A stretch of 64,000 bases of DNA from positions 576,001-640,000 of the forward strand of contig OZ243037.1 in the NCBI GenBank assembly GCA_965212015.1. The letters are read 5' to 3'. Numbering within the stretch: the first letter of the stretch is position 1; the number at the start of each line of letters is the position of its first letter. The DNA is from Cenarchaeum sp. (GTDB lineage: Archaea; Thermoproteota; Nitrososphaeria; Nitrososphaerales; Nitrosopumilaceae). Positions 48,122-59,202 of the stretch are shown here, piece after piece. Both the position numbers and the translations under genes were made by a program. The notes beneath the pieces are model-generated. The model was not told the DNA's origin, made no database searches, and worked only from the letters and a program-made list of their open reading frames with translations.

Positions 48122-48745
48122 TTATTTTTTAATCCTGTCGCGCCCGCCCTTTGCGGTTCTAAAGACGTTCATGCCAATGTGGTAGTTCTCGTAAAGGTGA
48201 TCAAGCTTTTCCAGGCTCTCCTGCGCCAGGCGTATCTCGTCGCCGCCGGCGCCAGAGTCCTTCAGGGAGTCAAGCCTCCGCTGCGCCTCCTGCCGGATTC
48301 TCTTTATGCCGATTTCATAGTTGGAGGATCCCCCGAATTCCTTGCTCAGTATGTACTGCGGGTCGTACTTTGGCGTGTTGTCAATGGGAATCTCTACCCT
48401 TTTTGAGATCTCTTGGGCCTCGTCGGCGCTAAGTATCGGGTGCGAGGGGACCCTGTCCTTTTTGTCAAGCCAGAACTCCGGCTCGCCGAGCTCCCTCCGG
48501 AATATCACATCGCCGCTGCGCTTGTCAGTAAACGTGTCTGCGGGTTTTTGCGCCTTTATCTCCTTGGCGGTGGCCCGGTACTGCTCCTCTGCTGCCGCAT
48601 CCACGGCGGCCCGGACCGCCTGCAGCCTTGCAGCCGACGCCCTGGCCTCTGCCTCGACTACGACAAGCTCGCTTGTGGCCGGTTCCTTCGGGGGCTTTGT
48701 CCCTCCTTTGGGCCCCGATTCTGCGGCCTTTACTGTTTCAGACAA
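48122..48745 (-). CDS. hypothetical protein
   Basis: 207-aa ORF in co-oriented run. Confidence 0.65.
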   Translation of the reverse strand: MSETVKAAESGPKGGTKPPKEPATSELVVVEAEARASAARLQAVRAAVDAAAEEQYRATAKEIKAQKPADTFTDKRSGDVIFRRELGEPEFWLDKKDRVPSHPILSADEAQEISKRVEIPIDNTPKYDPQYILSKEFGGSSNYEIGIKRIRQEAQRRLDSLKDSGAGGDEIRLAQESLEKLDHLYENYHIGMNVFRTAKGGRDRIKK

Positions 48746-48764
48746 TGTGAATACCCCGAATCGG

Positions 48765-49082
48765 TCAAATTTTAAGATTTAGTAGCGGGAATTTCTTTGC
48801 CGCGGATTGCTGGTACGACAAAAATGCGTCCTTGTTCCCAAAACACCCGCGGCAGACGCAGAGCCGGGAGACCAGATCAGGATTGCAAATGTCCCCAAAC
48901 TCGCAGGAGGGACACCCCGCCGGGCCGCCGCATATCATGCATTTTAGCCCCCCGGTCTCGGCGCACTTTTCGTGCTTTACGCCGGCCCCCTTTTGCCACA
49001 GGCCCGCCTCGCCGGCATTGATTTTTTCATTGCATACAATGCACGTGCCCGGAAACTTCATGCTCAGCTTTATCCAGCTCAC
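48765..49082 (-). CDS. Cys-rich hypothetical protein
   Basis: Multiple CxxC motifs; start overlaps rfcL stop. Confidence 0.7.
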   Translation of the reverse strand: MSWIKLSMKFPGTCIVCNEKINAGEAGLWQKGAGVKHEKCAETGGLKCMICGGPAGCPSCEFGDICNPDLVSRLCVCRGCFGNKDAFLSYQQSAAKKFPLLNLKI

Positions 49083-50236
49083 AGCTTTGCCATCTCCTTG
49101 TCCAGAATCCCGGAGAATTCGTCGTCTATTTGAAGATCCAGCTTTTTGTTCTTAATGCACAGGAGCAGAAACGGGAAATAAAGCGTCCCAAAGGCGCTCC
49201 TAGAGACGTGCATCCGGGCACCCAGGACCCCAAAGAGCCTCTTTAGCGTCCTGCCGTCCCAGCGCAGCCTGTTTAGGAGCGGCCATGACAGATTGTACTG
49301 GCTGTACCGGACTGCCAGATCCCGGCCGTACAGCTTTTCCAGTATTGCATCCAGATATCGCAGCAGGCGCCACTGCTGTGTGCGAAATATCCTGCCGTAC
49401 AATAGATCCGCCTCAGACATCACCTGCATCATCCTGCTCATCTCGCGTTTTGACACGTCGGCCATTATTATGCTGGAATAAAAGGCGTTAATCTTTTCCC
49501 TCGGATCAATGCGCATGGAATACAGGATGGATCGCGCCTCGTCTGCAGTCTTTGCCTCAAAGAACGCATTTATGCCGTCCTCCGGTGCGGGCGATTCAGA
49601 CGACCTGTCAGTCTTTGGGTCAAACCCGGCGGCCAGTGACTGTGCAAGGTTGATCATCGAGCGCACGTCCCCCCGGGATTCCCCGATTACCTTTATCTCC
49701 GAGCCAGGCGAGAGCTTTGCGCCCTCCTTGTTCAGTATGTGCCGCAGGTATGCGCGAAGGAGTCTTGGCGGTATCGGCCTAAAGGGAACAGTCATTGCGG
49801 CCTTTTTTATTCCCTTCATCTTTGCCGATGCATCAGAGTTTGCCGCCAGGACTATCGGCACCTGGGCCTCTTTGATAATCCTGATTAGCGCCTCGGCGCC
49901 GCCAAAATCAGAGCGCCCGTGTATGCCGTCAACCTCGTCGACAAAGATCATCTGCCTTCCCAGTATGCCGGACCCCCCAAGGACCGGCTCTAGCACCGCG
50001 TTTATCCTGGACTTGCTTCTCGCGTCGCTGGCGTTGAGGCCTATCACGTCGTATCCGAACTGCGTGCCGGCCAGGCCGGCAGCGGTGGTCTTGCCGATTC
50101 CGGGCGGACCCACAAGAAGAAGCGCCTTTGATCCCCTTTTCCACTTTGCAAACCATTCCGTTATGGCAGAGCGCGCATCCTCGTTGCCTATCATGGCAGA
50201 GACGCTCTGCGGCCTGTATTTTTCAGACCACATCAT
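49079..50236 (-). CDS. rfcL: replication factor C large subunit
   Basis: WSEKYRP, GPPGIGKTT, LNASD.R, DEVDG, GDVRS.IN. Confidence 0.88.
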   Translation of the reverse strand: MMWSEKYRPQSVSAMIGNEDARSAITEWFAKWKRGSKALLLVGPPGIGKTTAAGLAGTQFGYDVIGLNASDARSKSRINAVLEPVLGGSGILGRQMIFVDEVDGIHGRSDFGGAEALIRIIKEAQVPIVLAANSDASAKMKGIKKAAMTVPFRPIPPRLLRAYLRHILNKEGAKLSPGSEIKVIGESRGDVRSMINLAQSLAAGFDPKTDRSSESPAPEDGINAFFEAKTADEARSILYSMRIDPREKINAFYSSIIMADVSKREMSRMMQVMSEADLLYGRIFRTQQWRLLRYLDAILEKLYGRDLAVRYSQYNLSWPLLNRLRWDGRTLKRLFGVLGARMHVSRSAFGTLYFPFLLLCIKNKKLDLQIDDEFSGILDKEMAKL

Positions 50237-50242
50237 GACTGC

Positions 50243-51358
50243 TCACCCCGGAAGTCCAGACTCAAACCTCCCCCAAAGGTCCGCCTTTTGCAGCCGGTTG
50301 TACCAGAACTGGTTGTAATGCTCCACGGTAAGAAACAAAAAGTCCAAAAAGTCCGCATAGGCGAATTTTTCTGGCAGCAGATCCATTGCCAGCCGGGCGT
50401 CCCGGAGGTACATGGCGCTCTTTTCCATCGTCAGCTCGAATCCCTTTTTGACGTCGCCGGAGAGAAGCGAATAGTACAGCGGCCACGACGGAACCTTGAC
50501 TGTGCCGCTTTTTATCGAGTCCTCGATCTCGTTTCCGCATCCCACGCCCTCTGCGGCCCTCGCCATGCCAAGATAAAAGATCTCGCCTAGCGGCCTTGAG
50601 GCAAGCGCCATGTTGCGCCCCGCAGTTCCCATCACGGCCCGGTATTTCTTGTAGGATTCAGTCATGTCCTCCTCCGTAATTGCGGCAGGCCTCGACTTTA
50701 GCTTGATGTCCATGTACTGGCCTGCCCTGGCATCTGCAAAGCCGGCCTCAAACGTTGCAAGCACCTCTTCTCCGCCCCTGGCGATCTTTTGGCGGGCAAG
50801 CCTGAGAATGTAGGGGTTCATGAGCCTATAGTCGTCAAGATAGTCGAGATCCTCGTCCTTGTCTGCAATCCTGTCCATGGGCTCGCTCAGATCTATTGCG
50901 ATAATGTGCCCGTCGATCAGGTCCTGCTTTAGCTGCAAGTCACTGCGCCCGTCTAGCTCTGCTGCGGCGTCATACAGCGCGCTGAACACCGGAAGGGTCA
51001 TCTTTACAAAGTTGGAGTCAAGAATCCGCCCCACGCGATCCCCGAGCACCTCGGGATCGCCCAGCTTTGATCTAATCGGCCCTATCTGCGAGGGCTCCAG
51101 GCCCATCTCTGCGGAGCCGACCTGCTCGACGAACTCTTGCATGGTGGCAGCAGGGTCCCTGTCGGACTTTATCTCCCTGAGCAAGTCAGAGGCAAACCGC
51201 TGCCTGAATTTCGGAAATTCCAGCTCGTACTCTTTTTTGTACCTGTCAAACAGCTTGTAGCCACGGGATTTGAAAAGGCCCTGCCGGATGATCTGTTTTC
51301 CGGGCTTTGTGCCAAGTAGCGCCTCCTTGCTGGTAACTGACTGGTCCTTTCCGCTCAC
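50243..51358 (-). CDS. conserved hypothetical protein
   Basis: 371-aa ORF with core-like composition, ending 6 nt before rfcL. Confidence 0.75.
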   Translation of the reverse strand: MSGKDQSVTSKEALLGTKPGKQIIRQGLFKSRGYKLFDRYKKEYELEFPKFRQRFASDLLREIKSDRDPAATMQEFVEQVGSAEMGLEPSQIGPIRSKLGDPEVLGDRVGRILDSNFVKMTLPVFSALYDAAAELDGRSDLQLKQDLIDGHIIAIDLSEPMDRIADKDEDLDYLDDYRLMNPYILRLARQKIARGGEEVLATFEAGFADARAGQYMDIKLKSRPAAITEEDMTESYKKYRAVMGTAGRNMALASRPLGEIFYLGMARAAEGVGCGNEIEDSIKSGTVKVPSWPLYYSLLSGDVKKGFELTMEKSAMYLRDARLAMDLLPEKFAYADFLDFLFLTVEHYNQFWYNRLQKADLWGRFESGLPG

Positions 51359-51434
51359 ACAGGTCAGGATCCCGCATACTTATTTATGCCTTCGAATATC
51401 TCGACTTAAATTATACGGCCTGTCATTTTTTGCC

Positions 51435-52232
51435 ATGGAGATAATCGACGCGCTAAAGGCGGCATCCCGGCAGGTTTTCAAAAACGTCAGCGGCATGGCG
51501 GGGACTGCTGATGCGGCAGGGGACTTTGGAGTCGGGGCAGGAGGCGACATTTCCAGGAACATCGACATTGTGGCAGAAAGGACGGTTATAGAATACTGCA
51601 AGAAAAACGGGCCCGAATGCGTGATTTTGGGAGAAGAGTGCGGCCGCGTCGAGACGTCTGGCAGTCCGGCCGGATTCCTGATCATGGATGCAATCGACGG
51701 CTCGGCAAACGCCGTAAGGGGGATCCCGTTTTTTTGCTGCTCGCTTGCGTTTGCGCAGACAGAAAGGCTAAGCTCCGTTACTGACGCCGTGGTGACTGAC
51801 CTTACCACCGGCGACATGTACTGGGCGGCAAGGGGAGGCGGGGCGTTTTTAAACGACACGCCGATTCACGTCTATGACGGAAATCCCCCGTACAGGATAG
51901 TCGGGATCAACACCTCGGGGGCAAAGCCGGAGCTGATGAAAAAGCTGCAGCCGGTTTTTGAGAACCACAACCACACTAGGCATTTTGGCGCAAACGCACT
52001 AGAGATGGCGCTTTTTGCGCGCGGCATGATGGATGCCTTTATCGACCTGAGGGGAAAGATAAGGGTTCAGGACATTGCCGCAGGATACCTGCTGGTAAAA
52101 GAGTCCGGCGGTTTGATCGTCGATGCTGATCTGAACCCGCTTGACTCGGATCTGAGCTATTCTACAAGGCTTTCGTTTATCGCCGCGGCAAACAAAAAGG
52201 TGCTCGACGAGATGCTGCGGCAGACAAGCTAA
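51435..52232 (+). CDS. inositol monophosphatase/FBPase family
   Basis: GEE, DAIDGSAN, DIAAG. Confidence 0.85.
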   Translation: MEIIDALKAASRQVFKNVSGMAGTADAAGDFGVGAGGDISRNIDIVAERTVIEYCKKNGPECVILGEECGRVETSGSPAGFLIMDAIDGSANAVRGIPFFCCSLAFAQTERLSSVTDAVVTDLTTGDMYWAARGGGAFLNDTPIHVYDGNPPYRIVGINTSGAKPELMKKLQPVFENHNHTRHFGANALEMALFARGMMDAFIDLRGKIRVQDIAAGYLLVKESGGLIVDADLNPLDSDLSYSTRLSFIAAANKKVLDEMLRQTS

Positions 52233-52306
52233 GCCGCATGCGGTTATACAGTACCGGATTTTATGCAGTCTTAAAATAATAAATTCGGCATGCGGTATTT
52301 ACTGGA

Positions 52307-52639
52307 ATGAGGAGGACGTACTGGAACAAGAGGGACGTGTGCGTCTGCTGCGGCAGGGGGCCCGAAAAGGACTCTAGAACACAGACTGGGGGCGGCACAA
52401 TAGACCTGTCCGGGGTTGCCTGCGACGCAAGGCCCGAAAAGGTCATCGCAATGCAGGTGCACCACATAAGATATTTCCCAGTGGTGTGCTGCTATGTGCA
52501 CTGGAAATGCCACAGGGAGATTCACGCCATCCCAAGCATGCACCTGCATTTGATACAGTACGAGGACAGAGGCGACAGGAGGTTTTACGAGCAGCAAAAG
52601 TCCAAATATCCGGATTCCCAGATCCCGCCCCCTGGCTGA
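52307..52639 (+). CDS. small HNH-like Cys/His protein
   Basis: CVCCG...QVHHIRY...VHWKCHREIH. Confidence 0.55.
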   Translation: MRRTYWNKRDVCVCCGRGPEKDSRTQTGGGTIDLSGVACDARPEKVIAMQVHHIRYFPVVCCYVHWKCHREIHAIPSMHLHLIQYEDRGDRRFYEQQKSKYPDSQIPPPG

Positions 52640-52863
52640 TTCCAAAAAAGCGCGCCGGGGATTGGCAGGGCGCCCGGGCAGGAGGGTCTGCCGGCTGGAA
52701 TCAGGACGTTTTTGGAATCACAGGCACGGAATATAGCTGATTGACGCCCACATGCCCCGTAGGAAACGGCATGCGATCAAGGCTGTGCGATTTACCCGCG
52801 CCATCTAAACAGTTACGGGCGATGTATTCCCTTAAATTATACGCATCAGAGAGTTTTTTTGAC

Positions 52864-52937
52864 GGGTCTATAGCGCAGCCAGGTAGCGCACCGGACTTTT
52901 AATCCGGCTGTCGTGGGTTCGAATCCCACTAGACCCG
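52864..52937 (+). tRNA. tRNA-Lys(UUU)
   Basis: GGGTCTA...CCGGACTTTTAATCCGG...GTGGGTTCGAATCCCAC TAGACCCG. Confidence 0.95.
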
Positions 52938-53159
52938 CTAAGGTTTTGTTGGGGGTTGAAAGGAGCTCGCGGTCTAAAACGCCCGGATCTGCCCGATTTT
53001 GCCATGTTCTGTGACCGGCCCCGAGGCTTATAATTTTATGTAAAAGACCCGCAATCTGGAGGTTGCGAGTCCCCTTTTTTTGGTCATGATATGGCGCGAT
53101 CAGCCGATTTTGATTATATAATAACCAACAGATAAAAACCAAGCCGCCCAAAATAACCT

Positions 53160-54326
53160 ATGGCTTATCTTGATTATAATGCCACGACCCCGCCAGACCG
53201 CCAAGTTATCGACGCAATGATTCCCGCACTGGAGGAAAAGTTTGGAAATCCGTCCAGCGAGAATCACGACACCGGCAGGATGGCAGCCGATCTGGTAGAT
53301 ATAGCGCGCGGATTTGTTGCAGAGATTGTCGGTATGAAGCCTGCCGATGTCATCTTTACCTCCGGGGCGACAGAGGCCAACAATATGGCATTCTTTGGAT
53401 TATCCGCAAACAGCGAAAAACCGCTGAACATTCTGGTCTGTGCCACGGAGCACAAGTCCGTGCTAGAGCCGTGCCGGCTGCTTGCAAGACAGAGCGCAAC
53501 AGTCAAAGAGATCTCGGTAATGCCGGATGGAACAATCAACCTTGATGTGCTGGAAAAAGAGATCTCGCCGGATACAGATATCGTATCGGTAATGGCGGCA
53601 AACAGCGAGACTGGAGTAATTCATCCGATAAGCAAAGTCGTGGAACTGGCACACAAATATGACGTATTGGTTCACTGTGACGCAACACAGGCGATTGGCA
53701 AGATTCCCTTTGATGCTGAAGAGTTGGATATTGATTTTGTAACGTTTAGCAGCCATAAAATTTACGGTCCCAAGGGATGCGGTGCGCTTGTCGCTGCGCG
53801 CGATGCCAGAAAGCGGCTGCAGGGAATCCTGTACGGCGGGGGCCAGGAGAACAATATGCGCAGCGGCACGTTAAATGTTCCTGGAATAGTCGGGTTTGGC
53901 AAGGCATGCGAGATCGCATCACACCGGCAAGAAACCGATTATTCTTCCCAGCAAAGCCTTCGAGACGAGTTTGAGGCAAAAATTACCAAGTCCGTCCCAG
54001 ACATTACAGTCAATGGCAAAAACGCAGAGCGCCTGCCAAACACCTCAAACATACGAATTCATGGTGCGCTAGCCGATGCCATAATTGTTAATGCCATGGA
54101 AATAGAGATTGCCACCGGGAGCGCCTGCACGTCTGCCACAATGGAACCCTCACACGTTCTGACCGCGATGGGCCTGAACACGGATGAGGCAAACGAGTCG
54201 ATTCGTGTATCCATTGGCCGGCAGACCACACAGAATGACATTGATATTGCAGTGGAATCTATTGCAAAGGCCGTACAGTTTGTGAGGGGAAAGGAGGCAG
54301 AGATTATGGAAGGTGTAAGTAGATGA
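53160..54326 (+). CDS. sspA: cysteine desulfurase (SspA/DndA-like)
   Basis: YLDYNATT, SSHKIYGPKG, GSACTS; first gene of overlapping operon with DUF4007 gene. Confidence 0.8.
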   Translation: MAYLDYNATTPPDRQVIDAMIPALEEKFGNPSSENHDTGRMAADLVDIARGFVAEIVGMKPADVIFTSGATEANNMAFFGLSANSEKPLNILVCATEHKSVLEPCRLLARQSATVKEISVMPDGTINLDVLEKEISPDTDIVSVMAANSETGVIHPISKVVELAHKYDVLVHCDATQAIGKIPFDAEELDIDFVTFSSHKIYGPKGCGALVAARDARKRLQGILYGGGQENNMRSGTLNVPGIVGFGKACEIASHRQETDYSSQQSLRDEFEAKITKSVPDITVNGKNAERLPNTSNIRIHGALADAIIVNAMEIEIATGSACTSATMEPSHVLTAMGLNTDEANESIRVSIGRQTTQNDIDIAVESIAKAVQFVRGKEAEIMEGVSR

Positions 54327-55276
54327 TAATTACCGATGCCATACCCAACCCCACATTTGCAAACCACGAGTCGTTTCACCTCCGATACGGGTGGCTCAAA
54401 AAGGCATACGACAGGGTAAGGGATGACAGGCGTGTATTTGCCCGAGATGATATCACCGTACAGCTAGGAGTCGGGAAAAACATGGTCCGCTCGATAAAAT
54501 TCTGGAGCATCGCAAACAAGATAATCAATGCCAACGGCCATGGGAAAAATATCACCTGGGAGCCCACCTACATGGGCCGCGTCATATTTGGAAAAAAAGG
54601 CCTTGATCCATACCTTGAAAAACCCGACACGCTGTGGCTGCTGCACTGGATGCTGTTTGCTCCGCCCTGCCGCATACCGGTATGGTGGTTAATGATGAAC
54701 GAATTTTCCGCAACAAACATCAAGCTAGAGGAGGCAACAGAGGCAATCGCCGCACGCGTTACAAACATTCCGGAATGGAGCACGCCCAGCATAAACTCTG
54801 TCAAAAAAGATATTGACGTGTTCATACACACATACAGCACCAGACAGGACAAGCTCTCAATTGAGGACTATCTGGACTGCCCGTTCAGGCAGCTTCACAT
54901 GATAAAGCAGAGCTCGCGCGATACGATGAGGTTTGTGTTTGGTAAAAAAAACGGACTGTCCCCGCTTATTGTCGCGTTTGCCTGCCTTGATTTTATTGTC
55001 AAATCCGGCATATCCTCAAAGAGCGTATCTGTGAGCAGGCTTGCAACCGAGACCGGAAGCGTGGGACACATATTCAAGATAAACGAAAACGAGCTTGCCG
55101 AGATGCTGCACGAGGCATCCAACATGTCAAAGTCCATAAAGATATCCAATGTCAATAGCATTCCTCACTTGACATTTAAATCGGCTGAAAAGGCATACAT
55201 GGATGTTCTGTATCTGGCATATGATAAAAAACTCCACCTCAACAAGAATCCCAAAATGGAGCAGCTGATACAATGA
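54323..55276 (+). CDS. sspB: DUF4007 protein (SspB-like)
   Basis: HESFHLRYGWLKK, LGVGKNMVRSIKFW, DPYLE..TLWLLHW. Confidence 0.85.
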   Translation: MIITDAIPNPTFANHESFHLRYGWLKKAYDRVRDDRRVFARDDITVQLGVGKNMVRSIKFWSIANKIINANGHGKNITWEPTYMGRVIFGKKGLDPYLEKPDTLWLLHWMLFAPPCRIPVWWLMMNEFSATNIKLEEATEAIAARVTNIPEWSTPSINSVKKDIDVFIHTYSTRQDKLSIEDYLDCPFRQLHMIKQSSRDTMRFVFGKKNGLSPLIVAFACLDFIVKSGISSKSVSVSRLATETGSVGHIFKINENELAEMLHEASNMSKSIKISNVNSIPHLTFKSAEKAYMDVLYLAYDKKLHLNKNPKMEQLIQ

Positions 55277-58200
55277 GATCCGTCCAGAAATACAAGGCAA
55301 GATCCATGCCACTTGCCAGGCTAGTCACGATTCCGCCAAAACAGTATGCCTCCACAAACATCGAAAACGACGACATTACCACCCTCAAAAACTATCTTCC
55401 TAGCGCAAGTACGCTGGAGATAATTGAACGCTTTTCGGCCGGCCTGCAGGGGGCAAAAAGCGGAAGGATGCTCTCAATTACGGGACCGTACGGCTCTGGC
55501 AAGTCAACCATGGCCGTATTCCTGAATGGACTGCTGGCAGGACAAAAAAATGACGAATGGAATGTAGCGTATAAGACGCTAAAAAACGCATCAGCCGATA
55601 CGGCAAGAATACTCCGCACCGCCAGGGGAAGGACTGACACCCACAAAAAAGGTCCCATACGATGTATAGCTACTGCGCGACGCGAGCCGATAACTGCCAC
55701 AATACTGCGCGCACTAGATGATGGTGCCACCAGATATTTTGGAAAATATGCAAAAAGGCATTTTTCAATGGCAAACAACCTGCGCCGAAAGATGCGTGAT
55801 CTGAAACACAGCAACACGCCCACGGCAAAAGAAATAACAGATATCATATCAAGCATGTGTCAAAGATCCCCCATAGTGATAATTATTGACGAGTTTGGCA
55901 AGAATATCGAATATTTCACTACCGATGAATCCCAGCAAAGCGACCTGTTTTTGCTCCAAGAACTTGCAGAGCTCTCAGGCCCCGGCAGAAAACTTCCCCT
56001 CTCTATAATCACCCTGCAGCACATGGCATTTGAAGAGTATGCCGTGGGCACCTCAATGGCGTTAAAGCAGGAATGGGCAAAGATCCAAGGGCGCTTTGAG
56101 GATATTCCATTTGCAAATTCGCCGGATCAGACCAGACTGCTAATATCAAACACAATAGAACTGGACGAAAACACTACTCATCTGAGGGAGATAGAAAACT
56201 GGGCAAAAAAAGAGTCAAAACAGATGCAGAAACTCGGCATCGATAGCGGCTTTGATTCAGACCTTGTTGCATCGTGTTATCCGTTAGAACCGCTTGCACT
56301 GGAGGTATTGCCGGAATTGTGCTCAAGGTATGGCCAGCACGAGCGAACTCTACTGTCGTTTATCTCCGATGCCAGCAAGCATACGGTTGCAACGTTTATT
56401 GACGAGAACACATGGAGTAAGGGTAGTCTTCCTGCAATGGGAATTGATATACTATATGATTATTTCATAGCAGGTACAAGCATGATTCATTCCAGCTCGG
56501 CAAATATAACCAGACTGATGGAAATTGAGACCATAATCCGCGATTCACACGGGTTGAGCCGCTCCGAGATAAAAACACTAAAAACGATTGGAATACTGAA
56601 CCTGATAGGCAGATCCGGATATCTCCGCGCATCCAGAAACATTCTAGAATACGTTACAGGCACAGAAACAAAACAAATTCTGCAAAAACTGGAAGAAAAA
56701 TCCATCATAACGTACAGAAAGTATGCCGACGAATACAGGATATGGCACGGTACGGATATCGATATAGCGGCAAAGCTCAACATGCACCGAAAGCGATATC
56801 AAAAATCAGCTTTATCTGATATGCTGCATAACGTAATGAATCTAGAGCCGGTGGTAGCTGCAAAACACAGCATAGAGACTGGCACAATGCGCATTTTTGA
56901 GAGACAGTTTGCCTCAAAATCCGACATGACACTTAATGAGAGCTATGACGGTGTGATCATGTACAATACCAGCAATCACAAAACAATGGAATTTGACAGG
57001 CCGTTAATTACAGTTGATGCTACGGATACATCAGAGCTTCACCAGGCCGCAATAGAGGTAATGGCAATCCGGGATATTCTGAATGATGACAAAGATGTTA
57101 CCGCGGACTGGGTGGCAAGAAAGGAACTGGAGGAAAGACTGGCCGATTCCGAGATAATCCTAGACAGGATATTTGACCATACATACGGCAGTAATGCAAA
57201 GTGGTCCTATCTTAAAGCCGGCAAGGCCACAAAATGCACCGGAACTCCCAGCACTATAGTATCCCAAGTGTGTAATGACGTATACAACAAAACACCCCGA
57301 ATTTACAACGAGATGATAAACAGGACACTGCTCTCACCACAGGGGTCTGCCGCAAAAAGAAACCTGATGGATTACATGATGACGCGCACGAACAAGCCTC
57401 GTTTTGGGATTGAGGGATACGGACCTGACCGGGCCGTATATGAGGCGATTTTTATAAAAAACGGGATTCACGTCAAAGTTAAAAAATCCGAATGGATATT
57501 ACGGGATCCAAAAGACGAGACGATAAAACCCGTATGGCATGAGATGCTAAGCATGCTCAAGCGATCCAAAAAACGCGTTTCGCTGTCCAAAATATACCAA
57601 GTATGCAAGATGCCGCCGTTTGGAATGAAGGAGGGTGTAATTGCAATCTTTGTTACGGCTATTTTGCTAGTGCACAAAAACAACATTGCGCTATACGAGC
57701 ACGGGACGTATGTTCCGTATATCCTGCCAGAAATAGCAGAGAGAATGGTAAAGAATCCGGATCATTTTGAGCTAAAATACTTTAAAAGCACCACATCCAA
57801 GAAGGAATTACTGGCACAGGTCATAAAGCATTTTGAGATAAACTCCAAGGGCAGTGTTTTGGATGTGGTATCACATTTAGTCAGAATTGTTTCCACACTA
57901 CCACCATATGTAAAACAGACAAAAAAACTGGACTCAAATTCATTAGCAGTAAGGGATGCAGTACTAAATGCTATAGAGCCCGATACGCTATTGTTTGAAT
58001 CCCTTCCAAAGGCGTTAAAATTTGACTCCAAACCCTCACGATCCGATATTGGAAAATTTGCAGAAACTCTTACAAATTCCAAGTCTGCATTACAAAATGA
58101 ATTTCATAAAATGATTGATGATATCAAAAAACTGCTCTTTGATGCAACCGGAATTGATGATAGAAAAAAGCTATCAAAGACCGCATCTGTGATGCTGCAA

Positions 58201-58617
58201 AATGTTACGGATCAAAAAATGAAAATATTTCTCACCGCAGTAGCCACTGATGCATTAGAGCGAGATGAGGACTGGATCAACTATGTGGCGTTGAGTCTTA
58301 CTGATGTACCGCCTATGTCCTGGAAGGATGATCAACGTGACATGTTTGAGAATAATCTGATTCTAATGTCCAAGAAATTCAAGATACTTGCATCACTGCA
58401 ATTTGCAAATGTCTCAAAGAATTTTATAAAACCATCATATCAGGTAACTGTCACACATGCTGATGGTAGTGAACATCATAATGTTGTATCAATAAAACCT
58501 GCACAAAAGAAAAAATTAGAAACCATCGCAAATAAAATAATGAAAGATATGAAGAAAAAAGGATTTAAGGATAAAGATGTTGGAGCACTAATTGCATTAT
58601 TAAGCTCTATGGGATAA
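55273..58617 (+). CDS. sspC: large P-loop ATPase (SspC-like)
   Basis: ITGPYGSGKST, IIIDEFGK..E, EWAKIQGRF, YPLEP, QHERTL.SF, PPFG. Confidence 0.8.
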   Translation: MRSVQKYKARSMPLARLVTIPPKQYASTNIENDDITTLKNYLPSASTLEIIERFSAGLQGAKSGRMLSITGPYGSGKSTMAVFLNGLLAGQKNDEWNVAYKTLKNASADTARILRTARGRTDTHKKGPIRCIATARREPITATILRALDDGATRYFGKYAKRHFSMANNLRRKMRDLKHSNTPTAKEITDIISSMCQRSPIVIIIDEFGKNIEYFTTDESQQSDLFLLQELAELSGPGRKLPLSIITLQHMAFEEYAVGTSMALKQEWAKIQGRFEDIPFANSPDQTRLLISNTIELDENTTHLREIENWAKKESKQMQKLGIDSGFDSDLVASCYPLEPLALEVLPELCSRYGQHERTLLSFISDASKHTVATFIDENTWSKGSLPAMGIDILYDYFIAGTSMIHSSSANITRLMEIETIIRDSHGLSRSEIKTLKTIGILNLIGRSGYLRASRNILEYVTGTETKQILQKLEEKSIITYRKYADEYRIWHGTDIDIAAKLNMHRKRYQKSALSDMLHNVMNLEPVVAAKHSIETGTMRIFERQFASKSDMTLNESYDGVIMYNTSNHKTMEFDRPLITVDATDTSELHQAAIEVMAIRDILNDDKDVTADWVARKELEERLADSEIILDRIFDHTYGSNAKWSYLKAGKATKCTGTPSTIVSQVCNDVYNKTPRIYNEMINRTLLSPQGSAAKRNLMDYMMTRTNKPRFGIEGYGPDRAVYEAIFIKNGIHVKVKKSEWILRDPKDETIKPVWHEMLSMLKRSKKRVSLSKIYQVCKMPPFGMKEGVIAIFVTAILLVHKNNIALYEHGTYVPYILPEIAERMVKNPDHFELKYFKSTTSKKELLAQVIKHFEINSKGSVLDVVSHLVRIVSTLPPYVKQTKKLDSNSLAVRDAVLNAIEPDTLLFESLPKALKFDSKPSRSDIGKFAETLTNSKSALQNEFHKMIDDIKKLLFDATGIDDRKKLSKTASVMLQNVTDQKMKIFLTAVATDALERDEDWINYVALSLTDVPPMSWKDDQRDMFENNLILMSKKFKILASLQFANVSKNFIKPSYQVTVTHADGSEHHNVVSIKPAQKKKLETIANKIMKDMKKKGFKDKDVGALIALLSSMG

Positions 58618-58620
58618 GAC

Positions 58621-59196
58621 ATGGGTAAACTTTTAGCAGGAATTGATGTTTCTGGGAATCCAAAAGATGGAAATTATAAATTCATGGCTATTGTTATAGG
58701 CACACAAGAAAAAATTAATTCTATTTTTAAATATTTGGATCCTGACCAAAAATATATCTATAAGAATTCTAGAAATCGAGATATATTATCATCTAGATTA
58801 CGATTTGATTCTAAAGAAATAATTGCATTTTGTATTCGTATAGATAGAAAAATGATAATTGATAAAATGATAAAAAAGAAAAAGATAGATCATACTAGTA
58901 AATCATCTGGAGCGATTTTTCATATATATAATACTACATTGTTGTATAACATTCGAAATAGGCTTGATACATTTGTCAATCAACATAATTACTCATTAAC
59001 TGAAATTCTTTTTCAATGTGATATGGATTGCAAGAAATTCCTAAAAGATAGTGGTTTGCATAATGATAATGAAGGCCTTGCATATATTTTATCGGATCTT
59101 GTTGCCTGGGCAAATAACAGAAACAAGGAACCTGCTGGGGTCATTTCAATTGATCTGGTAAAAATCCTTAAAGAGCAGCTAGTTAAATTTGGATAA
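58621..59196 (+). CDS. DUF3800-like (RNase H-fold) protein
   Basis: N-terminal GIDVSG, central QCD, C-terminal ILSDLVAW pattern (cf. DESG...D...ADLVA). Confidence 0.6.
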   Translation: MGKLLAGIDVSGNPKDGNYKFMAIVIGTQEKINSIFKYLDPDQKYIYKNSRNRDILSSRLRFDSKEIIAFCIRIDRKMIIDKMIKKKKIDHTSKSSGAIFHIYNTTLLYNIRNRLDTFVNQHNYSLTEILFQCDMDCKKFLKDSGLHNDNEGLAYILSDLVAWANNRNKEPAGVISIDLVKILKEQLVKFG

Positions 59197-59202
59197 TTAA
59201 CA

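Noticed and set aside
53043-53053. AGACCCGC echo of the tRNA-Lys 3' end as an att site
   Set aside because: Only 8 bp and too close to the tRNA; likely chance
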